Origin: an uncultured Caulobacterales bacterium
GTDB taxonomy: Bacteria > Pseudomonadota > Alphaproteobacteria > Caulobacterales > Maricaulaceae
NCBI GenBank assembly: GCA_938009235.1
Contig: CALLIK010000004.1
Location: 365,725 to 429,724, forward strand
Direction: 5' to 3'
DNA: 64,000 nt
In this document: in pieces, positions 10,801-18,069 of the stretch
Numbering within the stretch: the stretch's first letter is position 1
Layout: every line of letters begins with the position of its first letter
Made by a program: the position numbers and the translations under genes
The notes under the pieces: model-generated
Database searches by the model: none
The model's input: only the letters and a program-made list of their open reading frames with translations
Told to the model about the DNA's origin: nothing

Positions 10801-12843
10801 TTCACCCTCTGCATCAAGTGCTAGGAGTTCAATCTCAGCGGGTTTCAAACGAGACGCGCGTTCTCCAAATCGAGACTTAAAGCCTACATAGGTGTCTTGT
10901 CCGCGAATGGGGATGAAGATATTTTCTCTAACATATCGTCCGCCTGGTTCCGCGACGCCCGCAATGAATGATGCGCGCAATGGGTGAGAGGATTCTGCGT
11001 CGGATGCAGACAGCTTCACTTTGACAACGGCTTTACCCTCGTCATCTGTTTGCGGAACTTTCAGATCAATAACACGCTCACGGAAATCTTCTTTACTGTC
11101 ACCGAAGTCAAACTCTGCAAAGTCTTTGAACGGATTTGGATCTCTTTGAATTCTAAATTCAGATTCTGTCTCAAGGTTTGACCCTGGCGCGCCATAGTAA
11201 AACTGCGCATCAAGTGTAATTTCGCGCACTTCATCAGGGTGTAGAGTCGCTTGCTCTTCGGGACTAAGTGATAGCTTTAGTCTCTGCGGAACAAAGTCCT
11301 CCACCGAAATCGTTTCGTTGATTTTGGCATCTGTACCTTCAACAGACAGTTCAATGTCCCATTTACCGCGCGCGGCTTGAGATGGCAGATCAATGGATGT
11401 CACATATCCACCTGCATCCTCATCATCGAGCAAACGCGTTAGCTCTTCTACGCCGTCAGGTCGTAAAAGCTTTAGCGACAAGACACGGCCCTCTATCGCA
11501 TGTGCATAGGAATCGCGGAGCAACGCGGTTAAGTGAACGGTCTGCCCAGGGCGATAAATACCACGGTCAGTAAATGCATAGAGGTCGTAAGGCCCCGTAA
11601 CATCACGGCCCTGAACATCCATCACGGAGAGGTCGAGCGGAGCGCGTGACAGATCAAGCACAGCATAATCACCGTCTTCCCCATAAGCCATAATCATACG
11701 CGGTTTGAGCGGGCCAACACCTTCTAAGATCGCATTTTCAAAAACGGCGCGCCCTTGGCCATCTGTAATGACTTCTGCCAATTGTTCATTGTTACTGGCG
11801 ACAAGGTCCAATCGCACGCCAGATTTTAAGCGAGCATCTTTAATAGAGCGCACAGCCACATGAAGCGCGTCTGTTCCGCGATAACTCGACAGCGCAAGGT
11901 CGGTTGAAATAAGCCAGCGAATAGCTTGGGCGCTGCGGCGACGGGAGGTCCCTTCGACGACATGCTCAGCAATAAGAATATAAGCGCCGGGCCCCTGCTC
12001 CGTTATCTTGTCTTGTAAATCAAATGGCGTTTCGACGATGGCGTTGCGGTTTTCTAACACGTCGAGATCACCTGACCAGACTTCAACACGACTAGAACTG
12101 GCCTCATATGTACGTATATATTGACCGGCCGTACCGCCTTCGCCCTTGTTCGGCGAGTGTTGAGACAGAATTCGGTCGTTAACGCGAAACAATTTCAAGG
12201 AAAGTTGATCGACATTCACAGTCTTTAAAACAACCCGCGCGCCTTTTGTTTCAGGGAGAATAATACCTTCGCCTGAAAACCCGACAAAGGCAGGCTTATC
12301 TTCGAAGGTAAATATGACACGTTTGTTTGTCTGTAATGCGTTGCCCTCGTCAGACACGAGTCCTTTAAGGACGTCGGCACTGTAGCTTTGCCCATAGGCT
12401 AAACCCAAAATGCAAATTTTATTGGCCTTAGCATCAAGAGAGAATGGCGTCTTAGGCGTAATTCGGATGAAGGGTTTAAGTTGGGACTCTCTCGTCTCGA
12501 CGAAATCTGAATCAAAAGACAAACAGGCCTGTACGTCCCCATTCTGATCTTGAGTTTCCATTGAGAGGTAATGTAATGGATCGATAGTTGGTTCTTTGGG
12601 GGTTGGGTCGACAACGTCCACGATTGGAGGTTCAACACGCCTTGGAGCCTGCGGCATTCGTGAATCCTTAGATATTTTAGGTATCGCCGCGATAGGGTCG
12701 TCAATGACCACATCTACGAGTTGGGAACGCGCTGTAGTGTTATCACGAGCATTATGCGCGTCTGGAAATAGATGATACCCGACGACCCCCGCAAATATAA
12801 AGAGAAGAGCGCCCGCTAAAAACTTCACTACAGATATGTTCAT
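7891..12843 (-). CDS. Bacterial alpha-2-macroglobulin (YfhM/ECAM-type), membrane anchored
   Basis: 1650 aa with the thioester motif YPYGCTEQ (CTEQ codons at 9271-9282 on the minus strand). It has an N-terminal hydrophobic anchor and is paired with pbpC as in the known A2M-PBP1C operons. Confidence 0.9.
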   Translation of the reverse strand: MNISVVKFLAGALLFIFAGVVGYHLFPDAHNARDNTTARSQLVDVVIDDPIAAIPKISKDSRMPQAPRRVEPPIVDVVDPTPKEPTIDPLHYLSMETQDQNGDVQACLSFDSDFVETRESQLKPFIRITPKTPFSLDAKANKICILGLAYGQSYSADVLKGLVSDEGNALQTNKRVIFTFEDKPAFVGFSGEGIILPETKGARVVLKTVNVDQLSLKLFRVNDRILSQHSPNKGEGGTAGQYIRTYEASSSRVEVWSGDLDVLENRNAIVETPFDLQDKITEQGPGAYILIAEHVVEGTSRRRSAQAIRWLISTDLALSSYRGTDALHVAVRSIKDARLKSGVRLDLVASNNEQLAEVITDGQGRAVFENAILEGVGPLKPRMIMAYGEDGDYAVLDLSRAPLDLSVMDVQGRDVTGPYDLYAFTDRGIYRPGQTVHLTALLRDSYAHAIEGRVLSLKLLRPDGVEELTRLLDDEDAGGYVTSIDLPSQAARGKWDIELSVEGTDAKINETISVEDFVPQRLKLSLSPEEQATLHPDEVREITLDAQFYYGAPGSNLETESEFRIQRDPNPFKDFAEFDFGDSKEDFRERVIDLKVPQTDDEGKAVVKVKLSASDAESSHPLRASFIAGVAEPGGRYVRENIFIPIRGQDTYVGFKSRFGERASRLKPAEIELLALDAEGERISTQVTWTLNEERRDYNWYRARNRWQYRTQSTDTVVDRGEMAIGSEALSVWSRSLNWGRYRLDVKTSTGETASYRFGVGWSNWGDSDSDAPDRILVGATDLPTKPGGAVTLNLSAPYAGRGDIVIADHTVRSIRTVDVPEGASSVRIPYDPSWGHDVYAMVTLYTPLDVEKRKGVKRAVGLTHIALDRSSQTLDLKIDTPDRVSPRTQVEVPIELSGVGAREKAWVSLAAVDEGILALTNFKSPDASDAFFSKKAFALDIRDDYSRILNPFLADGKTRSGGDGIGGAGLSVVPTKTVALFEGSVDVKNGRAVITLDLPDFNGELRLMATAWTKSSIGSASTSLKVRDAVPANLGLPRFLAPGDQAVSTFALDNIDGASGVYRTSIEGVGLLKTIESVFDLPPGTRDQTGVTLNADDVGIYNLKTSITGPKDYKVQSDYPIEVRSPYRPITNRTIKAIEPGESYTLKADLMDGYSVTGADIDLSVARLPGLSVAPYLASLNRYPYGCTEQTVSKAMPLVFVKSLGGFKGTSDKVLSTRIQDAIAKLSSRQDMTGEFGLWRQGDRALRPWLQLYVTEFFIEADRNGYDVNEQSMLSAINAAKILSRMENHSSLNLYFPNSDSQKKAEVARANRAAYAHYVVALAGEADTSGIRYLNKTFGDRISDPISLAYLGAALAKIGDEASAKAVFKRAADSLDVKTEHYNYYSSPERNAAALLAIGGNNLDAEVSEKILLGLAELEPSRTNTQEKSYIIRAMAQLSSGEGDVSVKTKNLSLEKGAANLLGTDIASKPSIENTGDARAYITIDVTSTPTQAPEAISSGFTVEKHLYTMKGKAISTEIKRGDRAIILVTAKSTYRSNRMVVLADLLPAGLEIETVLTPADTGSEGAYGFLGELSKFDMQEARDDRFIASGRRSRYDRKGNVFKAAYVVRAVTAGTFTFPGAVVEDMYRPARVGTSEYGQLEISPSGDF

Positions 12844-12927
12844 TTCGGACCCCGACCTTTTCTTCTGTAAACTGAATATAGATGATTCGTGTCTAGATTA
12901 GGGCTAATCTTTGGCTTTAAATCGTTT

Positions 12928-12997
12928 GCTTTATGGTGACCCAGTCAAGTTCATAACAATAGGTTAACCTTTAATTTTCAGCTTTAGTTGACCCAGT
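12928..12997 (+). repeat. Direct repeat GCTTTA-N2/3-TGACCCAGT (two copies 53 bp apart) in the divergent intergenic region
   Basis: gctttatggtgacccagt lies at 12928-12945 and gctttagttgacccagt at 12981-12997. The 9-mer tgacccagt is exact in both copies. A third gcttta lies at 12914-12919. Confidence 0.5.
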
Positions 12998-13016
12998 TTC
13001 CTTACGTCGATGAAAT
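12988..13016 (+). promoter_or_regulatory. Candidate sigma70-type promoter for the 13092 gene (TTGACC-N17-TGAAAT)
   Basis: TTGACC lies at 12988-12993, followed by a 17-nt spacer and TGAAAT at 13011-13016. This is about 75 nt upstream of the ATG, and the -35 element lies inside repeat copy 2. Confidence 0.35.
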
Positions 13017-13091
13017 ACACCAATGTTAGCACAGTGGGGACCAGGTGGATGATCCTGATCAAAATGGGAAAAACTTTGGGAAATTAATAAA

Positions 13092-13958
13092 ATGTCTTTT
13101 AAAAAACTTGCTTTAACGGGCGGTGTTGCCGCTTCTTTGATGGCGTCTACGGCCTATGCATCCGTAATCGATCGTCCTTTCTTTCAAGTCTTAGGTGTCG
13201 TGGTCGTCTGGGGTGCAGATGACGCTGCATCTGCAGCACCTGTCGTCTCCGATTTCGTCTTACTGACCCCCGCATCTGGCAGCGCTGGCGCAGACCTTAT
13301 TGCAGGTAATGTAAGCACTGTTATTACAGGGTCTTTGACACCTGTTGCAGGCGGCTCAACTGCGGCCACATCAACGATTGACCCTATTACAGGCGAAACA
13401 AGCACAGCGACTTACGCAGACGCAGCGGGTGCTGGTGCAGGACTTCTTGATGCAACAGATACATTGTCTGCTTTCGGTATTGATGGAAATACAGATGTAC
13501 AAGCTTTGACAGCTTCACACACAAGCAGCTTCTTTGTCGCATCTAACGCTGCATTCGACATCTACGCTGTTGCTGGAAACCTAACTAAGACGGGTGACTT
13601 CTCTGCGGACGCAGACATCGGTCTTGAAGACATTACACTGTCTATGTCGCTACAAGCTGGTGCAGCTCAAACTGTCGGTACGCTAAATTATGGCGCTAAC
13701 TCACAGGTACCAGGTACATTTGATAATGGCCTCGATGTTGGTGAAACACTCGATAACCTAACGACGGCTGTTGCTGGCGCAAATGGCTTGAAAGTCTTTG
13801 ATGGTACGCAGCGTACTGCGGCTACTCCAGGGTCGTTGGCTGACCAGTCTGTTCGTTTCGACAACGTCTACGACTTCGGTGGACCAAACGGGTATGACCT
13901 TTCAATGGGTTCAGGTACAATTTCTGCCGACGTAACTTACACAATCTTCGTCCCATAG
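13092..13958 (+). CDS. Secreted acidic Ala/Gly/Thr/Ser/Asp-rich protein of unknown family (paralog of 21123-21968)
   Basis: Sec signal MSFKKLALTGGVAASLMASTAYA|S. There are no Cys residues and the composition is low-complexity but non-repetitive. It shares co-linear blocks with the 21123 protein: LLDATDTLSAFG, NTD, SHTSSFFVAS, TGDFS and YDLSMGSGTISADV. A rho-independent terminator follows. Confidence 0.7.
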   Translation: MSFKKLALTGGVAASLMASTAYASVIDRPFFQVLGVVVVWGADDAASAAPVVSDFVLLTPASGSAGADLIAGNVSTVITGSLTPVAGGSTAATSTIDPITGETSTATYADAAGAGAGLLDATDTLSAFGIDGNTDVQALTASHTSSFFVASNAAFDIYAVAGNLTKTGDFSADADIGLEDITLSMSLQAGAAQTVGTLNYGANSQVPGTFDNGLDVGETLDNLTTAVAGANGLKVFDGTQRTAATPGSLADQSVRFDNVYDFGGPNGYDLSMGSGTISADVTYTIFVP

Positions 13959-14015
13959 GCGACGAATAGACTTCATATAGACAAGCGTTTTCACGCACGC
14001 TTTGTTTCAATGATT

Positions 14016-14046
14016 GGCCGCTCCCTCGGGAGTGGCCTTTTCTTTG
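14016..14046 (+). terminator. Rho-independent terminator after the 13092 gene
   Basis: GGCCGCTCC-CTCG-GGAGTGGCC forms a 9-bp stem with one G.U pair and a tetraloop. It is followed by TTTTCTTTG. Confidence 0.75.
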
Positions 14047-14050
14047 CGTC

Positions 14051-14419
14051 CTATTCAGACCGTAAACGTCGCATATCGTCTTTATACTCCCATCGGATGA
14101 TTTCATCCAAAACGAGTGAGATACGGTATTCTAGTTTTTCGACGGCCACTTCACGTGCGCCTGGACGGCAATCATCACCAATCAGTGTTTCAGCGCCATC
14201 GCATAAAGTCGCAAGTTCCATTGCCCCTACGGCTCTGGCGGACCCTTTCAGGGAATGCGCGACACTTGACCAAACCACATCATCCGAATCCGCGCGCAGC
14301 CCACGGCCCCACATTTCAACTTGGTTCCTAAATAGGCCAAAGACTTCCCGAGTAAGATCGGGATCCCCGTCTACATATTGGTTCAAATGGTCGAAATCAA
14401 TTTCAGGTGAATCAGTCAT
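14051..14419 (-). CDS. Stand-alone histidine phosphotransfer (Hpt) domain protein
   Basis: Carries the Hpt phosphorylation motif AHSLKGSARAVGA. The likely start is MTDSPEIDF at 14419; the ORF-track start at 14449 adds 10 unlikely residues. Confidence 0.8.
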   Translation of the reverse strand: MTDSPEIDFDHLNQYVDGDPDLTREVFGLFRNQVEMWGRGLRADSDDVVWSSVAHSLKGSARAVGAMELATLCDGAETLIGDDCRPGAREVAVEKLEYRISLVLDEIIRWEYKDDMRRLRSE

Positions 14420-14449
14420 TACTGTAGATACTAGACATCCGCGACGCAT

Positions 14450-15628
14450 ATGTTAGCGGTTTTTATGGATTATTTTTCTCAGACAAATATTGGCGAATCA
14501 CGGTGGTGGTCATGGGTCGGAGTGACGTGGTTGGCATTTGTCGGATGGGTAATTTTTCAAACTATCTTACTGTTTCCATTTCCAATCATCGCAAATTTTA
14601 CAGATCCGCCTTTATTTGAAAGTCTAATGCAGGCTTTTACTGAGTCTGCTGCAACTGAAACATCGCCGGAACTCGGAATTTATTCGTTATTATTCGGCTT
14701 GTCTGCAACGCTAGCTGCTATGGTCGGTTTAGCACTTAACGGTAGAGCCAGAGTCATGACTATGATGTTCACACTCATGGCTATCGTCGGTTTTATCATT
14801 ACATCACGACTGGCATCACAAGGGTCTGAAAGTTCGTTGATAATGGATGTTATTGGCCAAATTATGGGCGCATCACCTCTAGCCTTCGGACTTTTCCTGC
14901 TGACCTTTCCAACGGGATTGATTGTTCTCTATGTCTGCCAGAAACACGTACATAAGCGCACGATCACCTCGCTTCATACAGCCGCGAGTAGCTTTAGGTT
15001 ACCTCGGGTTTTCGAAGGCTTCCTTTTGACATGGTTGGTTCTCGGTGTCTTTACATTCGTAGCGAATGCACTTGGCATCATTGAGGTAAAGTATATTTTC
15101 GCGGGTGGGACGTTCTGGATTTACGCCCTCGTCTCCCTTCTCTTCATTCCACTTCAATCAGCAACAGAAGAAATCGTGTTTCGCGGTTACTTCAACCAAG
15201 GCCTTACACATGTATTAAAAAACAAGTGGTTAGCGTTCGCGATTACGTCACTAGCTTTCATGGCCTTGCATCTTTCAAACCCTGAAGCCCTCCAAGGCTC
15301 AGCCTCTGGTACACTACCTATCGTGATGAGCGGCTATTTCTTCTTTGGCTTTGCGATGTGTTTGATTGTCTGGCTTGACGATGGCTTAGAGACTGCAATC
15401 GGAATCCACGCGGGTAATAACTGTTTTGCTGCGATTATCATGAATTATGAAAATTCAGTCCTGCCAACGCCTTCAGTTTTCTTGACGGGTACCGACCCGG
15501 TCAAAGACTCTATATCAACGGTTCTCGTACTCGGAACCCTCGTTGCGGTTATATGGTGGCGTCGCGGCGGGCCAAAACGTGACGACCCTGACTTGTCAAA
15601 CGACAAACCATCCATTGCGGACGCATAG
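14450..15628 (+). CDS. CPBP-family intramembrane glutamic endopeptidase (CAAX protease/Abi fold)
   Basis: Polytopic membrane protein with the three CPBP motifs: TEEIVFRGY (EExxxR), FMALHLSN (FxxxH) and IHAGNN (HxxxN/D). Confidence 0.85.
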   Translation: MLAVFMDYFSQTNIGESRWWSWVGVTWLAFVGWVIFQTILLFPFPIIANFTDPPLFESLMQAFTESAATETSPELGIYSLLFGLSATLAAMVGLALNGRARVMTMMFTLMAIVGFIITSRLASQGSESSLIMDVIGQIMGASPLAFGLFLLTFPTGLIVLYVCQKHVHKRTITSLHTAASSFRLPRVFEGFLLTWLVLGVFTFVANALGIIEVKYIFAGGTFWIYALVSLLFIPLQSATEEIVFRGYFNQGLTHVLKNKWLAFAITSLAFMALHLSNPEALQGSASGTLPIVMSGYFFFGFAMCLIVWLDDGLETAIGIHAGNNCFAAIIMNYENSVLPTPSVFLTGTDPVKDSISTVLVLGTLVAVIWWRRGGPKRDDPDLSNDKPSIADA

Positions 15629-15818
15629 GGCTTGAAAACCACGGTTCGGCAAGACCTTTTTCGATTGCAGACTTTACAATATTGGGATCAATGGGTTCAC
15701 CAAATTGATCAAATAACGCCAATCGACTGTCAGCTCGATTAAGGCCTCCTGACAGCCACGCATTTAGTTCCGCATCTGAAAAACGTGCAGCCGCACGCGA
15801 TCGATTGATCGTTACCAT
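15549..15818 (-). CDS. Possible small hypothetical protein (about 89 aa)
   Basis: ORF starting MVTINRSRAAARFSDAELNAWL.... It fills an otherwise empty 318-bp gap, but its 3' end overlaps the CPBP gene by 80 nt on the opposite strand. No motif was recognised and the RBS is weak. Confidence 0.25.
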   Translation of the reverse strand: MVTINRSRAAARFSDAELNAWLSGGLNRADSRLALFDQFGEPIDPNIVKSAIEKGLAEPWFSSPMRPQWMVCRLTSQGRHVLARRDATI

Positions 15819-15946
15819 TATAAAACCCAGCCCATTCACATTGCCGGAGACAATAAAAAATACGATCTTCGCCGCTTTCCCCGTACACAAGGCTCTGATA
15901 GGGCAAAGTATGAAATATCCCGTTAAACGAAAACATTTTAACGAGG

Positions 15947-17986
15947 ATGCAGAGGATTGACGTGTCAGATATAACTAAGAAAATTTTCTCTATTGAACCG
16001 GTTGATGCGGTTAAAGATGTGGAACCTAAGAGCCCAGACATCATTAAACCGGTCAGTAGGCCATCTCTGAGATTGACGGCTGTTGCGCCGAAAGAGGATA
16101 TTGCCACCGAGAAAGTTCCCGATTTTGTGACGCGAGAGGAGATCAAGCCCTTAACCCGGTCACCCGCTCCTGTTTGGGAAGAGGCTGAAACCAGGTCTAA
16201 AGGTTGGGTTTTTTGGTCAATTATAGGATTCAGTATCCTATACATCGCAGCAATTGGTTTGTTTTTTGGCATGCCCTTACTAAATATTGCGCCAAATTTA
16301 CTTACAATAACGGGCCTTGTTCTCCTGCTGATCCTACCCATTGTGCTCCTAATAGTGCTGGGCACAGCCCTTCGAAACCTAGGTCGGCTAAGTCAACAGA
16401 CCCTAAGGTACGCACAAGCTGCAGAAATTCTTGTCACACCAGAAACAGAGGCGCTAGGACGCGCGACAACACTGGCAGGAGCGATCCAAACTGAAATTTC
16501 AAAATTCAATCAACAACTCGAAACGACTGTAGGCGCCTTAAAAAAGGTTGAAACCTCTGTCTCTCTTGAGAGCCAAGCTCTCGACGCTGCGGGGTTGCAA
16601 CTATCTAGTCGCTCCGAAGATGTAGGACGCAACCTAACTTTACAAAGACAAGCCCTCGAAAGCATATCTGGGACATTTGATGCCCGCATGGGAACATTAT
16701 CAGCTCAAATTACTGAGACGAGCAAAGAATTAGAAAATGTCTGCGTCGAAGCAGAAACCCGTCTGTCAAAGGCTGGCGGAAGCTTGATGGAAACAACCGC
16801 TCAAACTGAGACCCATATTACTGCAAGTACGAAACAAATTACTGAGGAAATTGCTGCATTAGGTGAAGTAAACAGCAAAATCGAAACAACTTCAGAGACC
16901 ATGAGTTCAGATTTAGTAAAATCAGCGGAAAAGCTTCAAAAGCTTCAAACAAAACTGGATGAGCGCGCAGAAGCACTAGAAATGCTAAGCACAGGTACAG
17001 TAAGTCAGATTACAAACCTTCAAACAACACTCGACCATGGCAATCAAATGCTGTCTGATTTTCAATCGGCGGCTGATCTAAGGGAGTCTGAAATGACACA
17101 CCTTTATGATCGCTTGTCTCTTCAACTTAAAAAATCTGAAGACGACACCCTTGCGTCTCAAGGACAAACCGCACGTGTCGTTGAGGCCAATCTTTCGCAA
17201 ATGCGTCGAGATTTTGGACAAATGGAAACGGACCTAAAAACCCTTCAGGTTAAGCTAAATAATCTTAGAGAACATGCGGACGAATTACCTGCGCCCGAAG
17301 TCAAACCTTCCCGGTTAAATCTTACTCCGTTATCGTCTGATTTCCCACCTGTAGAACCTCCCCGTCAAGCCGTTAAACGTGAGCCACTAGGTCTAAGGCA
17401 TACACCCTTCGACCTTGATGCTGATATGGAGCTTGAAATACCAGCTGACGAAATCGCTGACATTATTCCTGAGGTTAACCCAGACGTTATTTCACGGCCA
17501 GGACAACCGGTTTCGTCAAAAAAGGGATTTGGTCGCAGAAATGACAAAGAATCTAGCGGATGGAAGTGGCGCGATATGTTGGGCGGATTAGAGAAGCCAG
17601 GATCTGTCCCTGGAGCGGCAAACCTTACATCACCTCAGACTGCAGACTCTACATCAATCAATATAGTTGAACGCCTCAACGCCTTAAAGTTATCACCGTC
17701 AGCTTTTGTTGATGAAGGTACAGTCATTGACGCAACACAAGCTAGAATTAACGCGGGCGCGGCAGGTCTTGCTTCAGTCGTGGTCGAACGTTTGCCAGAT
17801 GCCGTTGCGCATCTGAAGGGCCACATGTCTGTGAACATGAGCCTCGCAAACGAGGTCAAACACTTCGCTGACAGTTTTGCCACTACAATCGCGAGCACCC
17901 CGCCTACAGCTCCAGCCCTGAGGGCGGCTTTAGGTTCACCTGACGGAAGAGCGTACCTTCTGTGTGAAGCCGCTCTAAAGGGGTAA
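15947..17986 (+). CDS. Membrane-anchored long coiled-coil protein of unknown function
   Basis: 679 aa. The N-terminus is charged, followed by two hydrophobic segments (WVFWSIIGFSILYIAAIGLFFG and LLTITGLVLLLILPIVLLIVLG). About 300 aa of Q/E/T/S/L-rich heptad-like sequence follows, then a Pro-rich linker and a conserved-looking C-terminal globular part. Confidence 0.8.
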   Translation: MQRIDVSDITKKIFSIEPVDAVKDVEPKSPDIIKPVSRPSLRLTAVAPKEDIATEKVPDFVTREEIKPLTRSPAPVWEEAETRSKGWVFWSIIGFSILYIAAIGLFFGMPLLNIAPNLLTITGLVLLLILPIVLLIVLGTALRNLGRLSQQTLRYAQAAEILVTPETEALGRATTLAGAIQTEISKFNQQLETTVGALKKVETSVSLESQALDAAGLQLSSRSEDVGRNLTLQRQALESISGTFDARMGTLSAQITETSKELENVCVEAETRLSKAGGSLMETTAQTETHITASTKQITEEIAALGEVNSKIETTSETMSSDLVKSAEKLQKLQTKLDERAEALEMLSTGTVSQITNLQTTLDHGNQMLSDFQSAADLRESEMTHLYDRLSLQLKKSEDDTLASQGQTARVVEANLSQMRRDFGQMETDLKTLQVKLNNLREHADELPAPEVKPSRLNLTPLSSDFPPVEPPRQAVKREPLGLRHTPFDLDADMELEIPADEIADIIPEVNPDVISRPGQPVSSKKGFGRRNDKESSGWKWRDMLGGLEKPGSVPGAANLTSPQTADSTSINIVERLNALKLSPSAFVDEGTVIDATQARINAGAAGLASVVVERLPDAVAHLKGHMSVNMSLANEVKHFADSFATTIASTPPTAPALRAALGSPDGRAYLLCEAALKG

Positions 17987-18069
17987 AACACTGCCTCAAC
18001 TAAGCGGTAACACATCCCCTTCATCGCTATCGCCTTGCCCTTACTCAACTGTCGGCTTATGCCCGCGAC

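Noticed and set aside
10344-12713. Several ORFs of 60-146 aa inside or antisense to the macroglobulin gene (for example 10344-10784 plus strand, 12399-12713 minus strand in an alternate frame).
   Set aside because: They are embedded in a 1650-aa ORF with an intact thioester motif. They carry no independent signals and are expected by chance in a 5-kb gene.
15739-16365. 208-aa minus-strand ORF overlapping the start of the coiled-coil gene.
   Set aside because: It is antisense to a much longer ORF with coherent TM and coiled-coil architecture. Its composition (Ser/Thr/Gly/Ile runs) looks like a shadow frame.
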